This document shows, piece by piece, positions 1 to 13,723 of a stretch of 64,000 nucleotides of DNA. Origin of the DNA: Phoronis australis (Eukaryota; Animalia; Phoronida); contig NMRA01000021.1 in NCBI GenBank assembly GCA_002633005.1, positions 16,570-80,569 of the forward strand, in the 5' to 3' direction. The notes beneath the pieces were generated by a model that saw nothing but the letters and a program-made list of their open reading frames with translations, had not been told where the DNA came from and made no database searches. The translations under genes were made by a program, and so were the position numbers. Every line of letters starts with the position of its first letter. Positions within the stretch are counted from its first letter, which is position 1.

Positions 1-2064
1 GAATATGTCTATTGAATGAAAATTCAATTGGCACTTCCCTTGCCGTCAATTGAATGGCTATTGAACGGCTATTGAACCGCTATTGAATTTCTGCACTTAG
101 AAAATTTTTAGCTGTTCTGTATTGAATGGCTATTGAATTCCAGGACTTAGAAAAATTTTGGCCGTTTGGAATTGAATAGTTATTGAATTTGAGGACTTAG
201 AAAATTTCAGGATGTCGTGGAATTGAATGGCTATTGAATTTCAAGACTTAGGGAATTTCTGGATGGTTTGATTTAACAAGTTACCAGCAATGTTTATTTT
301 AAACATGTGTTACCAATTGGTTGTCAAGGTTACATCCCTGGAAAGTGACCTTTAAGATTTTCAAACCCTCTCAAACGGTTTTGGTCCAGTATAAACTCTG
401 CATGGATAGTGAAGAACTGCATACATTAAATGGTGAGTATTTGATTTCAACATTGTATTTTTGTCAATTTGATTGTTAAGTGACATTTATGTTTTACTTA
501 TGAATGAGTAGCTTTAGTCTTACGAACAAAAAGGAAGTTGTTTTAACTGATTCAATTGATGAAGGTTATGGAAGTTATTAAGTAGTATAGAGCACAGATT
601 TCAAAATGAGTTGTGTTACAGACCAAAACCTGCATGTGCATGTAGTTGCCAAGACAAGTGTCAGTTAATCGTGTTTTGACCTAACATATTTTATTTACTT
701 TAATTACTTAAGACTTAGAAACACGTTGTTATGATTCTGTGTTAAAATTCTCACATCAGAGCAATGAGAGAAAAGTAAATTTTTATTTTTGTTACATGAA
801 CTGAAACTAAATAATTGAGCTATAGGCACTACATGTAAGTAAGAGATGTATCAGATATTAGAGGTTTGCCATTGCCACCAGTCATCTACCTGTAGTGTCT
901 CTGCAGTATAGTTTAATTAACTGTTCTGCTCATAGGACTAAAAATCAAACTTCAGCTATGAGTGTCCATTAGTGTAGCAAATAACCCCCTTATTAATGCT
1001 CTTTTTTCAACTTTTTTAGTACAGAAGAAGACTTTGAAAACATGCATGATAAAGTGAAAGACTATAACTCTTGGGAGCTTAAATGCCCACTGACCCACCA
1101 ACACTGTGCCGCGGTCATCAGTTCCTGTTGTGGACAGATACCTCAAATTAATGGATTATATCAAGTCTCAGTACTCTGAAAAGTGCGGACTTCAGAGTTC
1201 TGCAGAGACCATGAAAGGCTGTACAATGCCGACATTTAAAGATTTGGTATCACATGTGGACCATGCTTTTCAGACAACTAATATTTTGCTGCTATAGCTC
1301 TGTGTGCCTGAAATTATTATTTTTTATCTTATCGCCTACATTTATTTAGCTAACTGGATATAACATACTCATTTACCCTTCAACGTATGGATGTGTTCAA
1401 CTAAGTTCATAGTGTCATATGATTATTTCATGTACAAGGCTCAGCATACAAATGTTGAAAAAACAATGTACAATTAGTCAGCATTAGATTCTTCAAAATG
1501 TTTACAAAGGCTGCTACTATTCAAATGCCTAAGGCTCTGTTTTTGTTTTTCTTTGACTGATGCTGTATGATAATTGTAATACTTGTGCAAGTTTCGATTT
1601 AAGGTTTCGAAATATTCAGCTGTCTATGATTTGATTTTATTCGTGCATGCCAGGTTGTTGAATGAAGATTGTGAACTATTCTTATCTCTTGAACAGGTTA
1701 ACAACAATACATCCTATTTTTGAAAGAGTTAATTTATTATAGAAAATACTTGAAATTCAAAATATTCTGTATAGTTAGAAAAATTGAATGGCCATTGAAC
1801 GGCTATTGAATGGCCATTGAACGGCTATTGAATGGCTATTGAACGGTTATTGAATATGGGATGATCCTGTACTGCATGGAGAATTGAATGGCTATTGAAC
1901 GGCTATTGAATTCCTATTGAATGGCTATTGAATATGCTAATGAATTGAATCAATTCATTTACATGGGAAAACCTTCAATTGAATTTCAATTGAATCTCAA
2001 TTGAACCTCAATTGAATTTCAATTCCTGTCCCAACTGAAAGTCCAGTGTACTTTTTCGTATGGG
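1..2064. mobile_element. Non-autonomous CACTA/EnSpm-like DNA transposon, copy 1 (left end outside window)
   Basis: Near-identical to 4004-5931; subterminal arrays of ATTGAA(T/C)GGCT; ends in TTCGTATGGG at 2064, the same terminus as copy 2. Confidence 0.75.
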
Positions 2065-2742
2065 NNNNNNNNNNNNNNNNNNNNNNNNNNNNNNNNNNNN
2101 NNNNNNNNNNNNNNNNNNNNNNNNNNNNNNNNNNNNNNNNNNNNNNNNNNNNNNNNNNNNNNNNNNNNNNNNNNNNNNNNNNNNNNNNNNNNNNNNNNNN
2201 NNNNNNNNNNNNNNNNNNNNNNNNNNNNNNNNNNNNNNNNNNNNNNNNNNNNNNNNNNNNNNNNNNNNNNNNNNNNNNNNNNNNNNNNNNNNNNNNNNNN
2301 NNNNNNNNNNNNNNNNNNNNNNNNNNNNNNNNNNNNNNNNNNNNNNNNNNNNNNNNNNNNNNNNNNNNNNNNNNNNNNNNNNNNNNNNNNNNNNNNNNNN
2401 NNNNNNNNNNNNNNNNNNNNNNNNNNNNNNNNNNNNNNNNNNNNNNNNNNNNNNNNNNNNNNNNNNNNNNNNNNNNNNNNNNNNNNNNNNNNNNNNNNNN
2501 NNNNNNNNNNNNNNNNNNNNNNNNNNNNNNNNNNNNNNNNNNNNNNNNNNNNNNNNNNNNNNNNNNNNNNNNNNNNNNNNNNNNNNNNNNNNNNNNNNNN
2601 NNNNNNNNNNNNNNNNNNNNNNNNNNNNNNNNNNNNNNNNNNNNNNNNNNNNNNNNNNNNNNNNNNNNNNNNNNNNNNNNNNNNNNNNNNNNNNNNNNNN
2701 NNNNNNNNNNNNNNNNNNNNNNNNNNNNNNNNNNNNNNNNNN
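2065..2742. other. Assembly gap (N run)
   Basis: 678 consecutive n. Confidence 1.
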
Positions 2743-3003
2743 ACGATGAGGCCAATAGAGAGTCGTAATGCTCAACGCCGGTAAAACCGGGCAAGGTGTG
2801 GCCCGCCGAGTCACACAGAGTCGGTGAGGTTAAGCGTACGAGGATAGGACAACTATCAAACACTCCACATGGTCCGTGTCGGGTCACGGAAACCCCAAAG
2901 CAGGTAGGCCTGAAAATACGATGAGGCCAATAGAGAGTCGTAATGCTCTGCGCCGGTAAAACCGGGCAAGGTGTGGCCCGCCGAGTCACACAGAGTCGGT
3001 GAG
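2743..3003. repeat. GC-rich direct repeat, 86 bp visible, 175-bp period, next to gap
   Basis: ACGATGAGGCCAATAGAGAG...GTCGGTGAG at 2743-2828 and 2918-3003, differing at about 2 positions. Confidence 0.9.
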
Positions 3004-4003
3004 CTCGGTCGTCCAAAAACTTCCAAGATGATTATATAGGATAAGAAGAAAATGCTCAGTAGCAAAGAGTTATGCAATTGAGCGTGGTCGCGGTATAACT
3101 TGCGCGAAAAAACCTTCCAAAGGAAAAACACGTCTTCCTCCAGAAGATAAGTCCGTGGAATGGTTCGCTTTGCGCATGTCCGTATCTCATGGTAGTACTC
3201 GGGGGAATTCTGGGAGGAATAAAATTATTTTATAGGTAATAACATTCGTACTAATAGGCGCCCATGCCCCTTGGCAATTACATGGCCCTGGATGCTGCAG
3301 GCATACAGGGGCGATAGTACATACCCACAAAAAGTTACTCATTTCAAACTATACAAGAAATAAAATCAAATTAAACATGCATATATGCACATGGAGTTAT
3401 AAACAACTCATACCGTAAGTCTGAAAATGATTCAGTCAAGATAATTTGAACAAATCGATGAAAATCTGTCACGGTTTCCTCAAGTTTCTGTTACCAGGTG
3501 CCATTTTGAGGATGTTACGTGAAATCACGCATGCTGAACGAAAAAAAGTCCAAAGGACACAAATATTACAAATTTTACCTGATACCTTCCCATGCTATTT
3601 TGCATGTGTCACGCGCCAGCGTCACGCGCTTCGCTCAGTCTCGCGCTAGCCTTTGCCTAACTCAAGTGACTCAGTTCAAATACTTTGTGGTTATTGCGCA
3701 CGTGGTGAAAAAGTTACGGTGACCAAAAACGTGGAGTTGGAATTCTGCATCAAAGTCACCTTAATTCTCCTAAGCTTCATCAAAGATTGCGTAGAAATAG
3801 AAAGGACCGCTGAAGAAAGTAAGTGCTTTTTTAAGTTATACTTTTAAGTGTGGAATGTATTTCTGACGAGGTGAAAACTCCTAATCGGTGGCCGGATTTG
3901 GCCTACCGTCCGTTTAAAATACAAGGGACGAAATTCGTAAAGAAAGCAATGCGAAATATTGTAGCCCTAAAGGGCCAACCGAGGGGCTATGTGTTGCTTA
4001 GTT

Positions 4004-5931
4004 CCCATACGAAAAGGAAAAGTTGAGTGTCAATTGAGATTTAATTGAAAGTCAATTGAATTTCAATAGAAAATTGAATTTCTATTGAATATGTCTATTG
4101 AATGAAAATTCAATTGGCACTTCCCTTGCCGTGAATTCAATGGCTATTGAACGGCTATTGAATGGCTATTGAATTCCAGGACCTTTAAGATTTTCAAACC
4201 CTTTCAAACGGTTTTGGTACAGCATAAACTCTTCATGGATAGTGAAGAACTGCATACATTAAATGGAGAGTTTTTGATTTCAGCATTGTATTTTTGTCAA
4301 TTTGATTGTTAAGTGACATTTATGTTTCACATATGAATGAGTAGCTTTAGTCTTGCAAACAAAATGGGAGTTTTTTTAACTGATTCAAATTGATTAAGGT
4401 TATGGAAGTTAAGTAGTAGAGCAGAGATTTCAAAATGAGTTGGGTTACAGACTAAAACCTGCATGTGCATGTAGTTGCCAAGACAAGTGTCAGTTAATGG
4501 TGTTGTGACCTAACATATTTGATTTACTTTAATTACTTAAGACTTAGAAACACGTTTTCATGATTCTGTGTTAAAATTCTCACATCAGAGCAATGAGAGA
4601 AAAGTAATTTTTTATTTTGGTTACATGAACTGAAAGTAAATAATTGAGCAATAGGCACTAAGTAAGAGATGTATCGGATGTCAGAGGTTTGCCATTGCCA
4701 ACAGTCATCTACCGGTAGTGTCTCTGCAGTGGTTTAATTAACTGTTCTGCTCATAGGACTAAAAATCAAACTTCAGCTATGAGTTTCCATTAGTGTAGCA
4801 AATAACTCCCTTATTAATGCTTTTAGTCAAAATCATATTAAATTTTCTCAAAACTATGGCTAATTAAATAAGAAAGCACTCATGTATTTCCTGAGCGACA
4901 AGCTCAATACAAAATTCAACTTTACTTAATACTTTATTTGATACACAATAACTGGATATTTTTCAACTTTTTAGTACAGAAGAAGATTTTGAAAATATGC
5001 ATGATGAAGTGAAAAGACTATAACTCTTGGGAGCTAATGTCCACTGACCTACCAACACTGTGCCGGTCATCAGTTCCTGTTGTGGACAGATACCTCAAAT
5101 TAATGGATTATATCAAGTCTCAGTGCTCTGAAAAGTGCAGACTCCAGAGTTCTGCAGAGACCATGAAAGGCTGTACAATGCCGACATTTAAAGATTTGGT
5201 ATCACATGTGGACCGTGCTTTTAAGACAACTAATATTTTGCTGCTATAGCTTTGTATGCCTGAAATTATTTTTTATTTTATCGCCTACATTTATTTAGCT
5301 AACTGGATATAAAATACTCATTTACCCTTCAACGTATGGATGTGTTCAACTAAGTTCATAGTGTCATATGATTATTTCATGTACGAGGCTCAGCTACAAA
5401 TAGCCAACATTAGATTCTTCAAAATGTTTGCAAAGGCTGCTACTTTCAAATGCCTAAGGTTCTGTCTTTGTTTTTCTTTGACTGATGCTGTATGATAATT
5501 GTAATACTTGTGCAAGTTTCGATTTAAGGTTTCGAAATATTCAGTTGTCTATGATTTGATTGTATTCATGCATGCCAGGTTGTTGAATGAAGATTGTGAA
5601 CTATTCTTATCTCTTGAACAGGTTAACAACAATTCATCCTATTTTTGAAAGAGTTAATTTATTATAGAAAATACTTGAAATTCAAATTATTCTGTATAAT
5701 TAGAAAAATTGAATGGCCATTGAACGGCTATTGAATGGCCATTGAACGGCTATTGAACGGCTATTGAATCATTATTGAATATGGGATGATCCTGTACTGC
5801 ATGGATAATTGAATGGCTATTGAACGGCTATTGAATTCCTATTGAATGGCTATTGAATATGCTAATGAATTGAATCAATTCATTTACATGGGAAAAACTT
5901 CAATTGAATCTCAATTGAACCTTCGTATGGG
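4004..5931. mobile_element. Complete non-autonomous CACTA/EnSpm-like element, copy 2
   Basis: TIR CCCATACGAA...TTCGTATGGG, 2-bp TT duplication on both flanks, 11-bp subterminal repeats at both ends; CCC termini with 2-bp TSD fit animal EnSpm elements. Confidence 0.8.
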
Positions 5932-7556
5932 TTGTATTCATACATTCAAAGCAGATAATCCCGTTGGCATTGGGTCAAAAAATACCGTCGGAGGTCGTAA
6001 AGTCGTAAGTGCTCTAAAGTCGTAAACAATAATTTCCACGTCTGCGCTGTCCCGCGACATCTAGCGTTGAAGTTTCCAGCGTTCGTCTGCTATTCACGAC
6101 TTTAGGGCCTCATTCAAAATGGCCGGCGATATCAGCAACCATTTTAAAACTCTGCTTACGGAGACGCACATTGGCAAAACACGAATATTTGTAAAGACTG
6201 ATATATGTCCATGGCATCACACGAGCAGTTGCTAACGGACATTGGGTAGTATGACAATCAACTGCTTTTTTATGCATATATTCACGCCTTTAGGTCACCG
6301 GAGTCTACAAGCGACAAGTATTAGCAAGAACACCATTTTTCAAAAATTTTAGAAAATGTGCATGTAATATACATCATGAGAAAGCTATCTACGAGAGTAA
6401 AAGAATGGTGCAAAAATTTTTCAATTGGACTTACGGTTGCGGAGAAAATGTTTTTTTATTGTCAAATTTTTTGGTAAAAATTCTGTAAAATCAAATTTGC
6501 GAGCTTGAAATATTATGGTTATAAATCTACGTAACGTAGAAAGACATGTTATACATCATTTCAAAGAAATTTTTATGATGAATAATTAGCAAAAAAGAAC
6601 ATTCCGATTGGACGTTCTTGTGCCAAGATATTGACCTTAAAATCAACAAAGCCAACAAAGAAAAGTCATTCCGTACAATTTTGTCGTTTCAAATTGGCAT
6701 AAAATAACAATTACTCAAGGACAAAAATAAGCTAGTATCATTCCAAGATTTTGCACCAGGAAAATTGAAATATGATAATTGGTTGGGCAAATTATTGATA
6801 CTATTTTGTGATTTTTTTGTTGACATGCAGTTTGCGACTGACTTGACTTTGTCAAAATGTATCACCATAAAAAATTAAGGATAACGAAACAAAATTTCAA
6901 ATATGTATGGCCTGACCTACAAAAATGCTGGGCTCGACATAACGAGCTGCAGGTCGCATTTGCGACCTGAACATTGGAAATGCGAGCTGAGATTTTTGTC
7001 AGCTCGAATCATATCGCAAAATGCGACCTGGAACTTCCAACGTATGCGAGCTGAGTTTTTATGCTTCTCGCCAGATACCTGGCAAATATAAAGCAACTCT
7101 TGTCAATGCAACTGTTATTGGGTTGTTGCCAAATCCAAGTTCAAAAGAACAATAAACGAGAAAACCCTGCCGATAACTTGTAAGAAAGTCACGTGAACAT
7201 GGGATATGCGGAATCGATATTTGATGCGTTTCACATTTTCGGCCACTTTTTCAAATTTGCGGATTTGCCGAAGAAAGTTTCGAACCACTGCATAACGTGA
7301 TAAAACGTCACAAAACAGCAGTGCTTCTACTAATTCTTAAGCGACCAACTTACCAAACTTTGTGGTGGACAAAAATGTTTTTTCGCATAAGATGACCTTA
7401 TTACATGCATCAAATACATGCGCGCAGCCCTCCTAAATTAAAGGGGGGCTCGAAACCTGTCATCAAAGACATTAGTCGGGAACTATCCATTCATGAAACG
7501 GGTAGCATAGCATCGATAAGAAATGAATATTGGCACTAATTCCCGACAATTTCTAA

Positions 7557-8465
7557 TACTATAAAACATGTTTGCGTTATTTTTGAGATGGATTGTTTGA
7601 TTAACCATCATTGGTGTTTTTAAGCCGAACATCCGATAAAATGAAAACTGACAGTGAATGCTTACACACGCTTACACCGAAAAATAACTGTCAGATAGTT
7701 ACGTACGCATCCAGCTACACGGCGACTAATATGGGCCTTACCAAGATAAATGTCGAAAGTTTTTAGCACGAGACCGGCAAGTACTGAATGAAACACGCTC
7801 TGGTTCAGGCCTACTGCTTGTGCAAATTTCTTTAGACTTATCTACCTAGTTAAATTGTGTGGCTCTGGCCAAAAGACGGTCCCTGCTTTGGCAAATGAAC
7901 TCTGGTGACACGCACGTACTCGCTTACAGGCAGACAAACTTCATAACAGACATCACGTGTCAACAACATGTGTGTTCGTCCAGACATTTTTCTCGCCATG
8001 TTGCCGATCATACATGTAGATGGCACGATGTTGCACAGATTTGTACTTAAACCTGCCGTTAATCCAAACTCCACGGGAACTTAAAAAATCATAGACGCTA
8101 CTTATAAAACTTAATGAGGATTTCACGTAATTTGCTTGAGTAGAAACCATTTTTATTCAAGCATTGAAGTCGCCATATCGAAGACGGCGATTTCGATAGT
8201 CAGTCGGCGAGTTTTCGCCCTGGGATTTCAATCTGTAAAATGATCGTAATTTAGCAGCAAAGTTTGATAGCAATGCACCACAGTTTTGTTGAAAGTCTTT
8301 CATAGATTACATATACGTCCCAGAGTGTAAATTTGATGAATCTTAGCTTCCGATTTCACCCGTTTCGGAGACTGGGTTTCAACTGCCTTGGGTTATAAAA
8401 AGCACCCCCCCCCCTGAACCGAACTTTTCTAAGCACCCTGGGCAGTAATTACAGCAATTACTGTA
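7557..8465 (-). mobile_element. Tc1/pogo-like non-autonomous element segment nested in the Academ-like element
   Basis: Inverted copy of 43197-44104; ends ...CAATTACTGTA, matching the TA|CCGTATTCGCCGTAATAA end of the other copy. Confidence 0.6.
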
Positions 8466-9029
8466 TTTGGTTTTCAACCCAGAAGACTAAACTCGCGAAA
8501 TTTTACGTGAAACTTCGTGAAAGAACAAAAGGGAGCCTTGCGAACACGATTATGTAAGTAGTTTTCACTTTCTTGCACTTAAAAGTTGAAAAAGTCGCCT
8601 GTTCCCNACCCATCAGGCGGTGCTTTTAAGCTCCTGATGCTGTTTAGGAGTCCGCGAAGAAGTACCGTATGCCAACACAACCTCTTAAGACACTGTCAGA
8701 CAAATACTGACATGACATATCTAGCTATTTCTTTTTTTCTTTTCACAACTTTGTAATTTAATAGTATTATGTCACCTTTGTTTAAATGTTGTGCATAATT
8801 TCCAAGTAGGGTAACATTTTCGCATAACGCAGTTCAAATAATTTTTATATGCCATAGCAACAAATCATTTATGACTTATAGTATTCTTTCAGGTTCTCGG
8901 ATATCTGTCTTCGTTTAGTATTCATTACGACGAAGATGAGGCTATCTACTCCTTTCAGTTGATGGATGACTTTGGTCAAAGGGACTTCGAAATGCTGGAA
9001 TAACTCAATGTTACATATAGATATTCCAA

Positions 9030-9320
9030 TGACTTACGGTAGTCAGAAAGGGTTTGCCCCCCCCCCCTTCCTTAAGAACGCCACAAGTCTGTGTAAGGCA
9101 CTCCACTGACTTAGTCAGTGAAAGGGTTGGTTTGGCCCTCTTTTCTTGAGGATGCCACAAGTCTCTAAGGTACTCCGCTGACGTACCGTAGTCAGTGAAA
9201 GGGTTTGGCCCCCTTCCTAGGGGATACCACAAGTCTGTGTAAGGAACTCCACTGAGCATCTGTTTACTTGAAGATACTCCACTGTCAATTGTCACTGAAA
9301 GGGTTTGGCCCCTCCTTCCA
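9030..9320. repeat. Minisatellite, about 65-70-bp unit, about 4 copies
   Basis: Recurrent GTCAGTGAAAGGGTTTGGCCCC...GCCACAAGTCTGTGTAAGG.ACTCCACTGA. Confidence 0.8.
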
Positions 9321-10234
9321 CAAGGATGCCTTGAGAACTTATTTATCAGTCCATCATAGATTCATTTTTGTGTTCATATCACTTGAGACAATTTTAGGAT
9401 ATGAAAATTGCAGTTGTTGGTTTCATAGCATGAACATTCCTGGATGGCTCATGACAGGGCCTTCATTTTATTACATTGTTGCGGAAAGTTTATGTAAAAG
9501 TTTTATTTATTATATGTCTTTCAGAAGCTTGTATTAAAATGTTCGATTGATCGTACTTGTCATCAATACATTTTTGAAATGATGTTTGTTTATCTTTAAT
9601 TTTGATTTAATAATGTAATTGATTTTGACAACGTTAAGCCGGTTGCAAACAGCATGATTGTTGAAAACAATAACACAAATAATATCAATAATTTGCTCAA
9701 TCAATTATCAAGTTTCAACTTTCCTGATGAAAAATCTTTAAAATGATACCTTATTTTGTTTTTTCCTGGAGTAATTGTTATTTTATGAAAATTCGAAATC
9801 GCAAAATTGTACATAGTGACTTCTCTTTGTCAGCTGTGTTGACTTAGAGATCAATATCTTCGAAAAGGAACGTTTAATCGAAATGTTTTTTTTTTTTGGA
9901 AATTATTCATCATAAAAAGTTCTTTAAAATGATGTATTACATGTCTATTTACGCTTCTTGTTCTTGAAATAATAATATTCTGAACTCGCAGATTCGATTG
10001 GACAGAATTTTTACCAAAAATTTTGACACGAAAATAACATTTTCTCCGGAACCGTAAGTCCAATTTAAAAAATTTTACTATCGTTATCGAAAAGAGCTTT
10101 CTAATAATCTATATTACATGCACATTTTCTAAAATTTTTGAAAAATGCTGTTCTCTCTATTTACGGAAGAAATACACATGCAGTGGTACCTAGCTGTATT
10201 TTGACGAAAGTCTTCACACAGCTCGCTGGCAGGC

Positions 10235-12589
10235 CAGTGGCGGATCTACGTTTTCAGCAAGGGGGGTTTAGGATTCCCGCCAAGATCGAATCGTAGGCGC
10301 TTGGCACCGAGCGGGGGGAGGTCGGGAGTGGGGTTTCCCCTCCCATGTAAGATATTTTTTGTTTTTGTAGCCAAATAGTGAAACTTCCATGCATCCTGGT
10401 AAGTTTCTGGCACTTAACATGTCTCCGGAGTTTTTCTTAAGATAATTAAAAACACTTCTCGATTTCGTCACATAAACTTGGCACATAAGTTTCGTGAAAC
10501 CATATTGTGCCCATCTGGGTAAGAGTCACGCCACCAGCAAAAATTTTTGTTAGAACATCTGCTTACACACCCTTTTTTAGCATACGAAAAGTCGTATACG
10601 AAAAAGTGTGGTGTGTATACAGGGGTTTAGACAATTTCCAAATATTCAAGAGCATAATTAAGGAGCACCGACGGGGCGTAAAAACTTGAATATCAGATGA
10701 TCCCGTAACAGAAGTCTCAAGTTGTTTAAGAACGAAGAGCTGTACTGTTAGTCCGGAAATAAACGTGTGTTCTGTCTCGTTACAAGAAAAACTGGCGAAC
10801 GATGGTGCTCTCAGCTCGTAGTCTATTATTAAAAGTGACAATTAATAATTAGGTATCATTTTATTAAGCTGAATCACGTTGACAACAATTGAAAAACGTC
10901 AAATCTATCAGGAAACAAATCATCTGAAATCAGTTTCACGAAACCAAAACATGTTCATGGTGGTGAAAAGACATACCAGATGTACACTGAGAGTACACAA
11001 AAAGCTGACCTGGTCCGTCACGAGACCAAGAGTACACCTGTGCTTATTATCCCTATAAAAATAGTCGATCTGTCGCGGGACCAAACAGTACTGGGTGAGA
11101 TAAATAGTTTTACAAAGCACACTTTGGTAAAAAAATCATAAGACTAGTTCGCCGAGGGACCAGAAGTACACTGAAACTCAACATCTACACCAATGAAGCT
11201 GGCCTGGTCCATCGTGAGACCTAAAGTGTACTATGCAAAAAATGTTGAATTGAAAACTTCTCTCTAAAATTTTCATCCCCAGTGGTTACTCATACGTTAG
11301 TCCTATCCTTCTGTTGTCTAGACTGCCGAGGAATTTGTATATCGGATCCAATGATTTGCTCGTCTTGGAACCATTCTACCCAGATATCTTCGATGTTTGT
11401 TCCCAACCCTTGCACTTCGTCAACTGCTGTGTCAATGAGCTTGTAAGCCTCTACAATGTCAGCATCTCGTTTTGCAGCTCGGTTGACACTAAGACCCTTG
11501 AGGTTGCCAAGTCCATTCGAAAGACTTACATGCGCAACTAAATTTGATCCGTTCTTCATGGACTACTTCAAACCTAGACGAAGCATCCCAGGACCTATTT
11601 GCATCTCGTGCAATTTTCGAAATAAACGTCCCAATGTCTGAACGCTTGAAACCCAAAGTACTAATATCAAATAAATGCCCATGGGCATGAGCGTTTCATC
11701 GGGTGAGCCTTTCTGCGGAAATTCCCAGTATAGTGTGCTTATTGCAGGTAGACAGACGGTAGGTGTTGAGGTCGGAACTAGGGCTCCTTAGGAGGCCTAT
11801 TGAACATCGCACGAGTCCCGCAAGACTTTGTTGTGAAAGAACAGCCTCCCCGCAATTTCTGGTACTGTACACTTTTCGCGAATGCGGTCACTTTCTCAAT
11901 ATGAGTGCCCCCTTCATTGGTCATTCCTTGTATAGACATAACTTGTTATAGAGTGTGTCTTCAAACGGACTCGCGACCAGACCACGGCGCCCGCCACAAT
12001 AGCAATTCTTCGGAAAAAGAATTTTTTAAAAAATATTACATTTACATGTACACAATATTACATGTACATGTACACTTTGGATATTGCGCAAGACCACTTT
12101 ACTATACATCAGTTACAAACGTGTGGAGTGTAATAGAATGACGCGGCATGACCGATGAGATAAAAACGTTGCACGTCAATTCGCCTGAATATCAGGGTTG
12201 CGGCACCGTAGTATTTCCCCTAATCAAATCAAAACATATCTTAGAGTAAAGAAGCTAGTTACCTAAAGAAATCAGCTATAGAACTGCTCTTTCAGCGGTG
12301 AATCCATCTAAAATGCTTGGTTGTTTCAGAAGTGTCGACGGAAGTGCGCGCACAATAAATCCCCGCGCGTTTTGCCGATGAGCCACAAAGACTCAGCAAT
12401 TCAAAAAACTATATTTTCAGAGTTAAACCCCCCCCCTCATTTTTCTCCAAGTTGGTTTACTTGGGGTTTACACACGCTGGCGGTGCCGTTTTTGTTTTGC
12501 TTGAGACGCTTTTGGTTTTTTTTTAATTTTTGGGTCCTGGCCCGAGGGGGGGTTAAACCCCCTGAACACCCCCCGTAGATCCGCCACTG
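10235..12589 (-). mobile_element. Internally deleted hAT element with 5-bp TSD
   Basis: TIR CAGTGGCGGATCTACG...CGTAGATCCGCCACTG; flanks CAGGC/CATGC (one mismatch); contains a transposase fragment. Confidence 0.8.
11290..11559 (-). pseudogene. hAT transposase fragment (PRKRIR/ZMYM1-like clade)
   Basis: LKGLSV..KRDADIVEAYKLIDTAVDEVQ..NIEDIWVEWF..IQIPRQSRQQKDRTNV matches the remembered C-terminal hAT pattern. Confidence 0.75.
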
Positions 12590-12911
12590 CATGCTACAAG
12601 CTGGGAAGATCACCCCTGTAGCCAGTATATCTTACATGACTGATTAACTCCATTCTGGCATTTCTTTTTGGATCGAGGGCCGGCTCACTTTTCATCGATA
12701 ATTGCTCTAATCTCCGATCAGATCGTATGCCTATCTACTGTATAACCTGACTGGGCTGCGCTGCTAAAAATGAAAGTTTAGTTATAATATATTTGAACAT
12801 TAGCAAATAGCATTTCTGAATTCCTTGTAAAATGCTGATCATGTTTAGTTTTTGAATCACCAAAATCGCCCAACTAGAACCGAAGATAAGGACGAACCTT
12901 ATTCATTACTG

Positions 12912-13723
12912 TAGGGACGTGACAAAGTCTTATCTCAACGCTGATTGGCTTTTCCCAGATGTTGCGTAATGGCGATTATCGATTAGACAGCCATTGTTTC
13001 ACGGTGGCTATAGTATTTCCACTCTCTCTCCTCCAGAAACCAAGAAAACAGGGAACCACATTATTGATGACGTAGACAGTAAATTCTTCTAGGCATACGT
13101 CATTTTCTTTGTTGTGTTTTCATTCTTGTTAAAGCGTGTGACTGGTGAGAAGTTGGGGGAATTTTTCGCTCCTGTTTGACAGCTTGTATTTTGAAAGGTA
13201 AGGCATTGATTCTTATGAAATGTAATATGTTTTCTTTTTTTATATCTCTTACAACTGTTCACCAAATTTCATTCCAATCAATTCACCGTATCATGATCTG
13301 CTAACTCCGTGAAAGTTAAGACCCGAGGCAGGCATTCTCGCTGACCAGCCATTACGGACCAGTGTATCAGCATTGCCGTTTATGGTTAACAATTGCTCTT
13401 AAATTAGGTAGATTGACTAGTTTATGTAAATTAATAGCAGAATTGATCAATTTGGATGAAGTTCCATACATTTTCATGTGTATTTTTTGTATATGGATGA
13501 CTTTGTAAGGTGTAGTATAGGTGATCTTGGTCCGGCGAATTTTGGTCACGTGATCAAATCCCAGAGATTTGATTGGCTCAAAACCCGAATTCTTTGATAA
13601 TGTTTNAACGGCTCAACGGATTTTGTTAATTTTTTTTTTGTTTGCATCTGTTTTTGGTGTTTTTTTAAATCAATCCATTTTTAAACATTAAATAAGAATT
13701 TGAATTTTTTTGTCACGTCCCTA
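12912..13723. mobile_element. Non-autonomous hAT element
   Basis: TIR TAGGGACGTGACAAA...TTTGTCACGTCCCTA with perfect 8-bp TSD CATTACTG. Confidence 0.9.

Larger units (their letters stand above)
6322..10159. mobile_element. Academ-like non-autonomous element with about 330-bp degenerate TIRs
   Basis: 6322-6650 is the diverged reverse complement of 9838-10159 (e.g. CATTTTTCAAAAATTTTAGAAAATGTGCATGTAATATA); TAG...CTA termini; TSD not clean. Confidence 0.6.

Noticed and set aside
1106-1297. Conserved ORFs at 1106 and 5037 (likewise 34955/46800 and 56743/57428)
   Set aside because: Similarity is due to repeat copies or haplotype duplication; no protein motifs
2743-3003. Hammerhead or twister ribozyme in the 175-bp repeat
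   Set aside because: CGATGAG is not the CTGATGA core and I could not build the required stems by eye
1997-3016. Long ORFs of 229-339 aa
   Set aside because: They run through the N gap
9030-9320. CRISPR-like repeat-spacer array (also 36500-39130 and 56930-57330)
   Set aside because: Units are degenerate along their whole length with no unique spacers, the context is eukaryotic and no cas genes are present
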